Below are positions 25,088 to 37,000 of a stretch of DNA of 64,000 nt, in pieces (the first letter of the stretch is position 1; each line of letters starts with the position of its first letter). The notes beneath the pieces were generated by a model, which saw only the letters and a program-made list of their open reading frames with translations, made no database searches and was not told the DNA's origin. A program made the position numbers and the translations under genes. The stretch comes from Eutreptiella sp. 'Long Island Sound 2002' (lineage: Eukaryota > Protista > Euglenida): positions 58,404,001-58,468,000 of the forward strand of contig OZ038379.1 in NCBI GenBank assembly GCA_964036045.1. Direction: 5' to 3'.

Positions 25088-28000
25088 CAGACCCATTCAT
25101 GGCATGTACCATCCGCTACCCCACACTGGGAACTAACACCCCAAAACCACAAAAGAGGGCGGGTGGGGGATGCATCATGCGGTACCTCAAAAAGGGCGGA
25201 GGGCCTGACCCGGGGATGCCTGATGCGGTACCTGGCACAGGCTCAGTGCACTTCTCAGTGGCCCGTCATGCGTGACACAGTGTCGTTGCATTGGCACACA
25301 ACGTCCCCAACAGACCTTCGTCGGAACACCAAAGCTCTGCCTGGCCACTGCGAATTGCCTGTGCCTTTATTCCTATTGCTGTGCCTTTATTCCTATCGCT
25401 GCTAACACCCTTTGTCTCCTGTGCCCCCACAGCCAGCTTCCTGCCATTACCTCTCATGCCCCTTTCTGCCGCCTAGTCCCACTTTTTGCCATGTGCCTTC
25501 CAAAACGTACACCACCGAGACCCTGTTGCCCGTGGCAAAAACAATCACAATCTGTAAAGAGCAACCAATTTACAAACATGTACCCAGCAAAAAGTCTGAG
25601 GCCGCTGGCTCCAAATGAATCAACACGCAAAAGAGGTCTTAAGTGAACGTGCTTCCTTCTGTGCAGCAAGTGCCTGAGCAGCACTGGCTCCCATTGAATT
25701 ATGAGCGAGCACGGGGGCGGGGGGGGGGGCAACCCCTCGGGGGGAGAAAATCAGAAGTGGCCCACCTATGGGCAAAGTGGCTATGTCACCCCCTGCCGTC
25801 TCGGGGATCCCCACCGCTTCAGAGCGGGGGGGAAAATCAGAAGTGGCCCACAAGTGGGCAAAGTGGCTACATCACCCCTGCCGTCTCGGGGATCCCCACC
25901 GCTTCAGAGCGGGGGGAAAATCAGAAGTGGCCCACTTGTGGGCAAAGTGGCTATGTCACCCCCTGCCGTCTCCGGGATCCCCACCGCTTCGAAGCGGGGG
26001 GGGAAATCAGAAGTGGCCCACTTGTGGGCAAAGTGGCTATGTCACCCCTGCCGTCTCGGGGATCCCCACCACTTCAGAGCGGGGGCAAAATCAGAAGTGG
26101 CCCACAAGTGGGCAGAGTGGCTACGTCACCCCTGCCGTCTCGGGGATCCCCACCGCTTCGGAGCGGGGAGGAAACTCAGAAGTAGCCCACAAGTGGGCAA
26201 AGTGGCTACGTCACCCCTGCCGTCTCGGGGATCCCCACCGCTTCAGAGCGGGGGGGGAAAATCAGAAGTGGCCCACAAGTGGGCAAAGTGGCTACGTCAC
26301 CCCTGCCGCCTCGGGGATCCCCACCGCTTGAGAGCGGGGGGGAAAATCAGAAGTGGCCCACTTGTGGGCAAAGTGGCTATGTCACCCCTGCCGTCTCGGG
26401 GATCCCCACCGCTTCAGAGCGGGGGGGGAAATCAGAAGTGGCCCACTTGTAGGCAAAGTGGCTACGTCACTCCTGCCGTCTCGGGGATCCCCACCGCTTC
26501 AGAGCGGGGGGGGAAATCAGAAGTGGCCCCACTTGTGGGCAAAGTGGCTACGTCACCCCTGCCGTCTCGGGATCCCCACCGCTTCAGAGCGCGGGGGGAA
26601 ATCAGAAGTGGCCCACTTGTGGGCAAAGTGGCTACGTCACTCCTGCCGTCTCGGGGATCCCCACCGCTTCAGAGCGGGGCATAAATCAGAAGTGGCCCAC
26701 TTGTGGGCAAAGTGGCTACGTCACCCCTGCCGTCTCGGGATCCCCACCGCTTCAGAGCGGGGGGGAGAATCAGAAGTGGCCCACAAGTGGGCAAAGTGGC
26801 TACGTCACCGCTGCTGTCTCGGGGATCCCCGGCGCTTCAGAGCGGGGGGGGAAAATCAGAAGTGGCCCACTTGTAGGCAAAGTGGCTACGTCACCCCTGC
26901 CGTCTCTAGGATCCCCACCGCTTCAGAGCGGGGGGGGCGAAATCAGAAGTGGCCCACAAGTGGGCAAAGAGGCTACGTCACCCCTGCCGTCTCGGGGATC
27001 CCCACCGCTTCAACAGTGGGGGGCAAAATCAGAAGTGGCCCACCGATTTCCCCCCCCGCTCTGAAGCGGTGGGGATCCCGAGACGGCAGGGGTGACGTAG
27101 CCACTTTGCCACAAGTGGGCCACTTCTGATTTTCCCCCCCGCTTTGAAGCGGTGGGGATCCCCGAGACGGCAGGGGTGACGTAGCCACTTTGCCCACTTG
27201 TGGGCCACTTCTGATTTTCCCCCCCGCTCTGAAGCGGTGGGGATCCCCGAGACGGCAGGGGTGGCGTAGCCACTTTGCCCACAAGTGGGCCACTTCTGAT
27301 TTATGCCCCGCTCTGAAGCGGTGGGGATCCCCGAGACGGCAGGAGTGACGTAGCCACTTTGCCCACAAGTGGGCCACTTCTGATTTCCCCCCCCGCTCTG
27401 AAGCGGTGGGGATCCCCGAGACGGCAGGGGTGACGTAGCCACTTTGCCCACTTGTGGGCCACTTCTGATTCCCCCCCCCGCTCTGCAGCGGTGGGGATCC
27501 CCGAGACGGCAGGGGGTGACATAGCCACTTTGCCCATAGGTGGGCCACTTCTGATTTCCCCCCCCCCGCTCTGCAGCGGTGGGGATCCCCGAGACGGCAG
27601 GGGGTGACATAGCCACTTTGCCCACAAGTGGGCCACTTCTGATTTTCCCCCCCCGCTCTGAAGCGGTGGGGATCCCCGAGACGGCAGGGGTGACGTAGCC
27701 ACTTTGCCCACTTGTGGGCCACTTCTGATTTCCCCCCCCCGCTCTGCAGCGGTGGGGATCCCCGAGACGGCAGGGGTGACATAGCCACTTTGCCCACAAG
27801 TGGGCCACTTCTGATTTTGCCCCCCGCTCTGAAGCGGTGGGGATCCCCGAGACGGCAGGGGCGACGTAGCCACTTTGCCCACAAGTGGGCCACTTCTGAT
27901 TTCCCCCCCCGCTCTGAAGCGGTGGGGATCCCCGAGACGGCAGGAGTGACGTAGCCACTTTGCCCACAAGTGGGCCACTTCTGATTTCCCCCCCGCTCTG

Positions 28001-30634
28001 AAGCGGTGGGGATCCCCGAGACGGCAGGGGTGACGTAGCCACTTTGCCCACTTGTGGGCCACTTCTGATTTCCCCCCCCCGCTCTGCAGCGGTGGGGATC
28101 CCCGAGACGGCAGGGGGTGACATAGCCACTTTGCCCATAGGTGGGCCACTTCTGATTTCCCCCCCCCCGCTCTGCAGCGGTGGGGATCCCCGAGACGGCA
28201 GGGGGTGACATAGCCACTTTGCCCACAAGTGGGCCACTTCTGATTTTCCCCCCCGCTCTGAAGCGGTGGGGATCCCCGAGACGGCAGGGGTGACGTAGCC
28301 ACTTTGCCCACTTGTGGGCCACTTCTGATTTCCCCCCCCCGCTCTGCAGCGGTGGGGATCCCCGAGACGGCAGGGGTGACATAGCCACTTTGCCCACAAG
28401 TGGGCCACTTCTGATTTTGCCCCCCGCTCTGAAGCGGTGGGGATCCCCGAGACGGCAGGGGCGACGTAGCCACTTTGCCCACAAGTGGGCCACTTCTGAT
28501 TTCCCCCCCCGCTCTGAAGCGGTGGGGATCCCCGAGACGGCAGGAGTGACGTAGCCACTTTGCCCACAAGTGGGCCACTTCTGATTTCCCCCCCGCTCTG
28601 AAGCGGTGGGGATCCCCGAGACGGCAGGGGTGACGTAGCCACTTTGCCCACTTGTGGGCCACTTCTGATTTCCCCCCCCCGCTCTGCAGCGGTGGGGATC
28701 CCCGAGACGGCAGGGGGTGACATAGCCACTTTGCCCATAGGTGGGCCACTTCTGATTTCCCCCCCCCGCTCTGCAGCGGTGGGGATCCCCGAGACGGCAG
28801 GGGGTGACATAGCCACTTTGCCCACAAGTGGGCCACTTCTGATTTTCCCCCCCGCTCTGAAGCGGTGGGGATCCCCGAGACGGCAGGGGTGACGTAGCCA
28901 CTTTGCCCACTTGTGGGCCACTTCTGATTTCCCCCCCCCGCTCTGCAGCGGTGGGGATCCCCGAGACGGCAGGGGTGACATAGCCACTTTGCCCACTTGT
29001 GGGCCACTTCTGATTTTGCCCCCCGCTCTGAAGCGGTGGGGATCCCCGAGACGGCAGGGGCGACGTAGCCACTTTGCCCACAAGTGGGCCACTTCTGATT
29101 TCCCCCCCCGCTCTGAAGCGGTGGGGATCCCCGAGACGGCAGGGGTGACGTAGCCACTTTGCCCACAAGTGGGCCACTTCTGATTTCCCCCCCCGCTCTG
29201 AAGCGGTGGGGATCCCCGAGACGGCAGGAGTGACGTAGCCACTTTGCCCACTTGTGGGCCACTTCTTATTTTCCCCCCCGCTCTCAAGCGGTGGGGATCC
29301 CCGAGACGGCAGGGGTGACGTAGCCACTTTGCCCACAAGTGGGCCACTTCTGATTTTCCCCCCCGCTCTGAAGCGGTGGGGATCCCCGAGATGGCAGGGG
29401 TGACGTAGCCACTTTGCCCACAAGTGGGCCACTTCTGATTTTCCCCCCCGCTCTGAAGCGGTGGGGATCCCCGAGACGGCAGGGGTGACGTAGCCACTCT
29501 GCCCACTTGTGGGCCACTTCTGATTTTGCTCCCCGCTCTGAAGTGGTGGGGATCCCCGAGACGGCAGGGTTGACATAGCCACTTTGCCCACAAGTGGGCC
29601 ACTTCTGATTTCCCCCCCCGCTTCGGAGCGGTGGGGATCCCGGAGACGGCAGGGGTGACATAGCCACTTTGCCCACAAGTGGGCCACTTCTGATTTCTCC
29701 CCGCGCTCTGAAGCGGTGGGGATCCCCGAGACGGCAGGGGTGACGTAGCCACTTTGCCCACTTGTGGGCCACTTCTGATTTTGCCCCCCGCTCTGCAGCG
29801 GTGGGGATCCCCGAGACGGCAGGGGTGACGTAGCCACTTTGCCCACAAGTGGGCCACTTCTGATTTTCCCCCCCGCTCTGAAGCGGTGGGGATCCCCGAG
29901 ACGGCAGGGGTGACGTAGCCACTTTGCCCACAAGTGGGCCACTTCTGATTTTGCCCCCCGCTCTGCAGCGGTGGGGATCCCCGAGACGGCAGGGGTGACA
30001 TAGCCACTTTGCCCACAAGTGGGCCACTTCTGATTTCCCCCCCCCGCTCTGCAGCGGTGGGGATCCCCGAGACGGCAGGGGTGACGTAGCCACTTTGCCC
30101 ACAAGTGGGCTACTTCTGATTTCCCCCCCCGCTCTGAAGCGGTGGGGATCCCCGAGACGGCAGGGGTGACATAGCCACTTTGCCCACAAGTGGGCCACTT
30201 CTGATTTTCCCCCCCGCTCCGCAGCGGTGGGGATCCCTGAGACGGCAGGGGTGACATAGCCACTTTGCCCACAAGTGGGCCACTTCTGATTTGCCCCCCC
30301 GCTCTGAAGCGGTGGGGATCCCCGAGACGGCAGGGGGTGACATAGCCACTTTGCCCATAGGTGGGCCACTTCTGATTTTTCCCCCCGCTCCCCCCCCCCC
30401 CCCCAAACTGCCCCTCCCAACCCCGAGGGGTTGCCCCCCCCCCCGCCCCCCGTGCTCGCTCATAATTCAATGGGAGCCAGTGCTGCTCAGGCACTTGCTG
30501 CACAGAAGGAAGCACGTTCACTTAAGACCTCTTTTGCGTGTTGATTCATTTGGAGCCAGCGGCCTCAGACTTTTTGCTGGGTACATGTTTGTAAATTGGT
30601 TGCTCTTTACAGATTGTGATTGTTTTTGCCACGG
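25088..30634. repeat. Direct near-identical copy of 19349-24887 across the gap (offset ~5.74 kb), probably an unmerged contig overlap
   Basis: Same unique flank, same satellite variant order and same fold junction (~27044). Many differences are 1-bp indels in homopolymers. Confidence 0.85.
25738..30388. repeat. Second copy of the ~85-bp satellite, forward then reverse
   Basis: Same unit; orientation flip at ~27044. Confidence 0.95.
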
Positions 30635-31083
30635 GCAACAGGGTCTCGGTGGTGTACGTTTTGGAAGGCACATGGCAAAAAGTGGGACTAGGCGGCAGAA
30701 CGGGGCATGAGAGGTAATGGCAGAAGCTGGCTGTGGGGGGCACAGGAGACAAAGGGTGTTAGCAGCGATAGGAATAAAGGCACAGCAATAGGAATAAAGG
30801 CACAGGCAATTCGCAATGGCCAGGCAGAGCTTTGGTGTTCCGACGAAGGTCTGTTGGGGACGTTGTGTGCCAATGCAACGACACAGTGTCACGCATGACG
30901 GGCCACTGAGAAGTGCACTGAGCCTGTGCCAGGTACCGCATCATGCCATCCCCGTGGTCAGGCCCTCCGCCCTTTTTGAGTACCGCATGATGCATCCCCC
31001 ACCCGCCCTCTTTTGTGGTTTTGGGTGTTAGTTCCCAGTGTGTGTAGCGGATGTACATGCCATGAATGGGTCTGTCCCTGCAG

Positions 31084-34000
31084 TCAATGAGCGAATGCAA
31101 GAAGTGGCGGAAGCTTTCGAAGGAGAGGAGGATATGTGGTCAGTGTTCAACTTCTACGATGAGCATGAGCACCTCAATTTGAAGCAGGTACTCGAGGACT
31201 TATGGTTGGATGCAGATGATGCTTTGCGTCGATGAGCGGTGGTATTGTTTGCGGATGATATGGTGCGAGGAGCACCGAACATATAACATTTGGTGATTCA
31301 AAGCCCCTGCTGCAGTTCCCTCTTCTGCAAACACAGATCACAATGGTTGCGACGATGATCCTCTTGTACTTCTTATATTCGACTCTGATCACGCAGACCA
31401 TGGCACTGTTCACATGCGACGAGTTTGATTGGGGCGACGGCGTGACCAAACGCTTCTTACGGGTGGATTACTCTCACGACTGTTCGACTTCTGAGCACAA
31501 ACTGAACGTGCTGGTCGCCACGATATTCGCAATGCTTTATGGGATCGGTGTGAGTGCAGTACTGCTGGGAAGGGGATCCCGGGGCTCCGTCCTTGCGCAG
31601 GCCACAAGCAAGACCACCAACAAGTCCCCTGCGATGTGGCATGACGCTTTCAGGATCATGTCACAACACAGCACGCGATGGTACATCGCCAACACTAGCA
31701 GCCCGTCTGCTGCTTTACCTCAGCCCATCCGCTACGGCATATCCCCCCCCCCCCCAAGAGTGGCACTGCGTACTCGCAAAGAATCAGTAGGAACTGCGAG
31801 GGAAATGGGGGATGGGTCGGACACTGCATGACCCAAAGCGGTAGTTTCTGTCAAGACCCGTTACACAGGGGCCTTCCCCGGCGTGGGATGGGGCTGCAAG
31901 ACGTACTGCCACAGAGAAGATCCCAAGAATCGGACTTGTGCCAACACGTCTTCGGCATTTGAACATCTCACGCCTCTTCACTCATGGGCCCATGCGGCTG
32001 GTATGCAGTGACAAAGCAGGCGTGGCTGGGCCCTGTCGTGGTATGTCGACCAGACCAAAGGTTGGCAGAGACAGTGCCAAAGGATGTCTGCGGGCTTCAC
32101 AAGGCGACGCAGTATGTGCACCTGCGCCGTAGTCGAGGTGCGCAATCCTGCCATCGGATGGTGATCATGGGCATGCAAGGAAGGCTCCTGTTCCCTGCGT
32201 GTCGCGCAGGCTTGTCATCCCCGTCCTATCCCGTGCCCAGCCACCTGCGCCTGTTGCTTTGTGCAGGCATTCCGGCGGTGTTTCTGGTCTGCATCTATGT
32301 AACAATGAAGTTCCAGAGTTGGAAGCGAACGCTATATCTTTGGGCGTTCCTGGTCAAATGCCTGGAGCCGTCCCGGTGGTACTGGGAGGCAACAATCCTA
32401 TTTCGCAAGTTCATCATGGTCTTCATCAGTGTGCAAGTCAGCGACAAGTATTTGCAGGTGGGTACCTGATTGCCACTAGCCTCTCAGACTGATATCGCGA
32501 CTCGGTAAGATGCGGTCTCATGTGATCGCTGAGTAACACACAGCCCCAAGCCGATGGGTGCCACAGATGATAACAACACCCAGCAGAATTTGTGACAGCA
32601 CACAGCGGTCTCTGGCAAGAACAGCGAGGTGCCTCAGCAACCTGCGGCACAGGGTTCATCCAGCATCTTTCAGCGGGGTAAAACACCTCTCTGCCAGAAC
32701 CATACATCGCTTTAGGTAGGCACTGGGTTCAGCAAGCCGCGCTGTGGCACACCTGGACGCCGTCACACCAGAAGACGATGGGTGTGAAGCTGGGAATCAT
32801 CCCCCATATGCACACCCACACAGGTGATTGCTGATTATTTGTGGGAAACAAAACTTCGTGCCATATCTTTTGCCATTTCACTGTGAATTCAGAAAACAAG
32901 ACATGACGATGTGTACTCTTTGCTACGTTTGATTCTTCACCACCGCCAGACTGTGCATGGCACAGGAACCATTGCAGTGGCAGTAACGATGAAAACGAGC
33001 GTAGAAAACAACCGGGTACATTTACCGCAACACAAATCATCATGGTTTGGAGAACTTTGGGCTGCCATATCGAGGTCTTCCAGAGCAGAGGTGGGTCAAA
33101 ATGAATTTTCATGGATTTCAGGCATATTTGAATTCTGTATTAAACTCTGAGCATTTGAGGATGAACATGTGGGTCAAAACCAAGCATTTTACCCCTTAAG
33201 CCAGGCACCAAGAGGAATACTTCCGGCGTGACCCTAGGACCACTATCTGTCAGGTTAGGGAGGGGATCAGGGGGGCTGGGGCTATTTTGCCTGAATTCGC
33301 GAATTTGGCAAATAGTGTTTCCACCAAATTCCACCAGCAGGGAATTAGTGGCCCGAAACCGGCCAAACACTGCCTAGACTGCACAGACGCCCCGTCCCAC
33401 GAAGTCCAGCAAGTCCCACTGAATCGGGAATTCTGGCGGCTCAAAATCGAAAAATTCAAAAAAAAAAAAAACAAAGTGTGGTCTTGAAGTGCAGAAATAC
33501 GGGTTGGAGCGGGGGGGGATGATCTAACCCTCTTCGAGGTGATTTCCGGCGCCTGTGGTGGCAAGTTTGGGTATAGCGCACTCACATGTTGGGCCCGCTG
33601 GAGGGCGACAGGGGATTGTCAGTGCACAGTTTGCACCTGATCGCCCTCTGCATGTGGTGCATACAAACAAGAAAAGCAATTCAGGGCACACCCACTTCGT
33701 ACGGCTTCAAACGGCACGATTGTTCACCTGCAGAAGTGCAAAAAACGCATGTCTTCAGCATCACAGAAAAGGGCCACATCAATTTCACACAACACGGTCA
33801 CAACCGGGCCCCGGATGAGCGAGGCAGTGCAGCCCATGGCAACAGGCTATTCTTAGGTTGCCCCTCGGACTCTTGCAGGGCAACGCTCAGCGTCACCTCA
33901 CCTCACCTCACCTCACCTCATCTCACACCGTGGGGCGGGGGATGCGGGGGGCTGTGGGGCTCTGATAGGGGCCGGCAGCAGAAGGACGGAGGGTTGCAGG

Positions 34001-37000
34001 GGGCGGGGGGGGGGGGCGCTGACCCCGGAGAGGGCATGAGGGGTTCCAGGAAGCAAGTAGGGAGCAGGGGGTGGGTATTTGTGTCTAAAAGCACATGGCC
34101 CCCGGTACGCGACAAGGCAATCGACACATGCTCGCTGGCAGCCTTTCTTCTTGCACACGGCACAGCCCCATTTCTCAACTGCCTCAGCTGCACAGTGGGA
34201 ACACAAAGCGGCAGGCAAATGCTGCACACAATGGCAAGTAGGTGTCTCCAGAGTAGAGAGGACCACAAATCGCGATTTAAACCAATTGTATTTGTCACGG
34301 GACGAGGAGGCACACAAGAAAATGGGCACTGCACAATCGACGTGATTTGTTTGCAGATGCAGAACAATGTTCCCACCTCTGGAAACCAAGTTGTCTAAAC
34401 CCGTTTCCACTGGAAATTGCAGTTCAAAAAGCAATGACTGCATAAGGTGCGTTCAGAAAAAGGGCTCAGCTCAGGCCGCCGCAGGTAGTACAACCTGAAA
34501 GGTGTTGTTGTTGCAGGTCAGGTACGCTGCATTTTGCTAAGGTGGAGCTCTTAGGTGCCCGACATCTGTACAAACTCACTTGAGTACGACGCCAAATGGC
34601 AACGTGTTGATTGAAGGATGCAGCATGAGCTGTACCGAAGTTTTTTAAGAGTTGAATTTGTACAGCAGTTGCACAGCAGTTGTATTGGGGTTGCAGCTGT
34701 GCAGCAGGTGTACAGTGGTCAAACAGCAGTAGTATTGAAGTTTGCAGTTCAGCAGTTCTACATGCTACATGAGTTGTACAGCACCCTTTTTGGGAGTTGC
34801 AGTTGTCATACAGCAGTTGGACAGCAGGTTTATAGGTGTGCCGCACTTGCATGAGCATGAGCATCAGCATGAGCATGAGCATGAGCCGTAGAGCAGTCTC
34901 TATCGGATTGTCCACAGACAAGGCCCCTCTACTGCACTGTCTTTTTTTAGGTTCTCAGGGTATGCGGACACCATTCCAATTTCGTCCTCTCATTCATACT
35001 TTTTGTCCACCGAACCCTTCTTGGTGTTGTGGTGACGGAAGTGCGGTAATTGTACATGCGTTGTTCAGCAATTCTATAGGAGTTGATGTTGTACGGTAGT
35101 TGTGCAGTAGTTGTGCAGTAGTTGTACATGAGTTGGACAAGAGCGGTTTTATAGGAATTTTCTTTGTACAGTAGTTCCTCACCAATTGTACAGGAGCTAC
35201 ATCGGATTGGTAAGACATTTGCCCTGCGCTTGCGATTCTTACGACCATGAAGCACCATTACCTCGTTCCATGCAGGCCTTCTGCGGTACTTGGGTACTTC
35301 TTGCCTCTCTGCTCTTCGCCTTGATAATGAAGCCATACATCCCCGACGTGCTCAACAAACTGGAGATCTTGTCCCTCTTCTGCCTCGTCATCACCATCAG
35401 CCTGGCCACGCTGCTGCTGTGGGATTTGCCCGTCTGGGCCTCAATCACGGTCACAGTGCTCCTGTTCATTGCCATTCTGGTGCCCATGTACTACTTCCTT
35501 GTCAACATCATCGACCAGTGGCTGTCCAAAATCGTCCGCTTTGCGTTGGTATGCGGCAGTGCCCCCGGGTTGTGAGTTCGTGTGGATACAATGAGGCAGT
35601 GGAAGGCAAACAGGGACGCAAAGGGTCCAAAGGGCAAGCAACAGGGGCAGAAGTGAATATGCCGTTATACCTTGAAGCCTGGGGGCTTTTAGAAACTTTT
35701 GCATCTGTCGTCCCTTTGCGCTGCATCAAAGACGGGGTGCCTCTTATGGCGGTGAGCACAAGTAACACAGCCCAAGAAGTTGATGAGGCCGCCCTGGGGC
35801 CGGCGATGCGACCGCCCTGAGCGTCGTGCACCATTGGGAGGATGCGCCTGGTCTTTTACGCCTGAGAAAGAGTGGACGGCTGGGGAAGACGATGGGTGTG
35901 AAGCTGGGAATCATCCCCCATATGCACACCCACACAGGTGATTGCTGATTATTTGTGGGAAACAAAACTTCGTGCCATATCTTTTGCCATTTCACTGTGA
36001 ATTCAGAAAACAAGACATGACGATGTGTACTCTTTGCTACGTTTGATTCTTCACCACCGCCAGACTGTGCATGGCACAGGAACCATTGCAGTGGCAGTAA
36101 CGATGAAAACGAGCGTAGAAAACAACCGGGTACATTTACCGCAACACAAATCATCATGGTTTGGAGAACTTTGGGCTGCCATATCGAGGTCTTCCAGAGC
36201 AGAGGTGGGTCAAAATGAATTTTCATGGATTTCAGGCATATTTGAATTCTGTATTAAACTCTGAGCATTTGAGGATGAACATGTGGGTCAAAACCAAGCA
36301 TTTTACCCCTTAAGCCAGGCACCAAGAGGAATACTTCCGGCGTGACCCTAGGACCACTATCTGTCAGGTTAGGGAGGGGATCAGGGGGGCTGGGGCTATT
36401 TTGCCTGAATTCGCGAATTTGGCAAATAGTGTTTCCACCAAATTCCACCAGCAGGGAATTAGTGGCCCGAAACCGGCCAAACACTGCCTAGACTGCACAG
36501 ACGCCCCGTCCCACGAAGTCCAGCAAGTCCCACTGAATCGGGAATTCTGGCGGCTCAAAATCGAAAAATTCAAAAAAAAAAAAAACAAAGTGTGGTCTTG
36601 AAGTGCAGAAATACGGGTTGGAGCGGGGGGGGATGATCTAACCCTCTTCGAGGTGATTTCCGGCGCCTGTGGTGGCAAGTTTGGGTATAGCGCACTCACA
36701 TGTTGGGCCCGCTGGAGGGCGACAGGGGATTGTCAGTGCACAGTTTGCACCTGATCGCCCTCTGCATGTGGTGCATACAAACAAGAAAAGCAATTCAGGG
36801 CACACCCACTTCGTACGGCTTCAAACGGCACGATTGTTCACCTGCAGAAGTGCAAAAAACGCATGTCTTCAGCATCACAGAAAAGGGCCACATCAATTTC
36901 ACACAACACGGTCACAACCGGGCCCCGGATGAGCGAGGCAGTGCAGCCCATGGCAACAGGCTATTCTTAGGTTGCCCCTCGGACTCTTGCAGGGCAACGC

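Noticed and set aside
20001-30388. CRISPR-like array
   Set aside because: No unique spacers and no cas genes; the whole unit is repeated, in a eukaryotic context.
19903-30521. Very long ORFs (up to ~1180 aa) in the 85-bp satellite
   Set aside because: They arise because the unit lacks stops on one strand. All three frames give the same peptide and switch frame at G-run length changes.
19349-30634. Real tandem duplication of the palindrome centre
   Set aside because: The copies abut a round 200-N gap and many differences are homopolymer indels, so an unmerged contig overlap is more likely.
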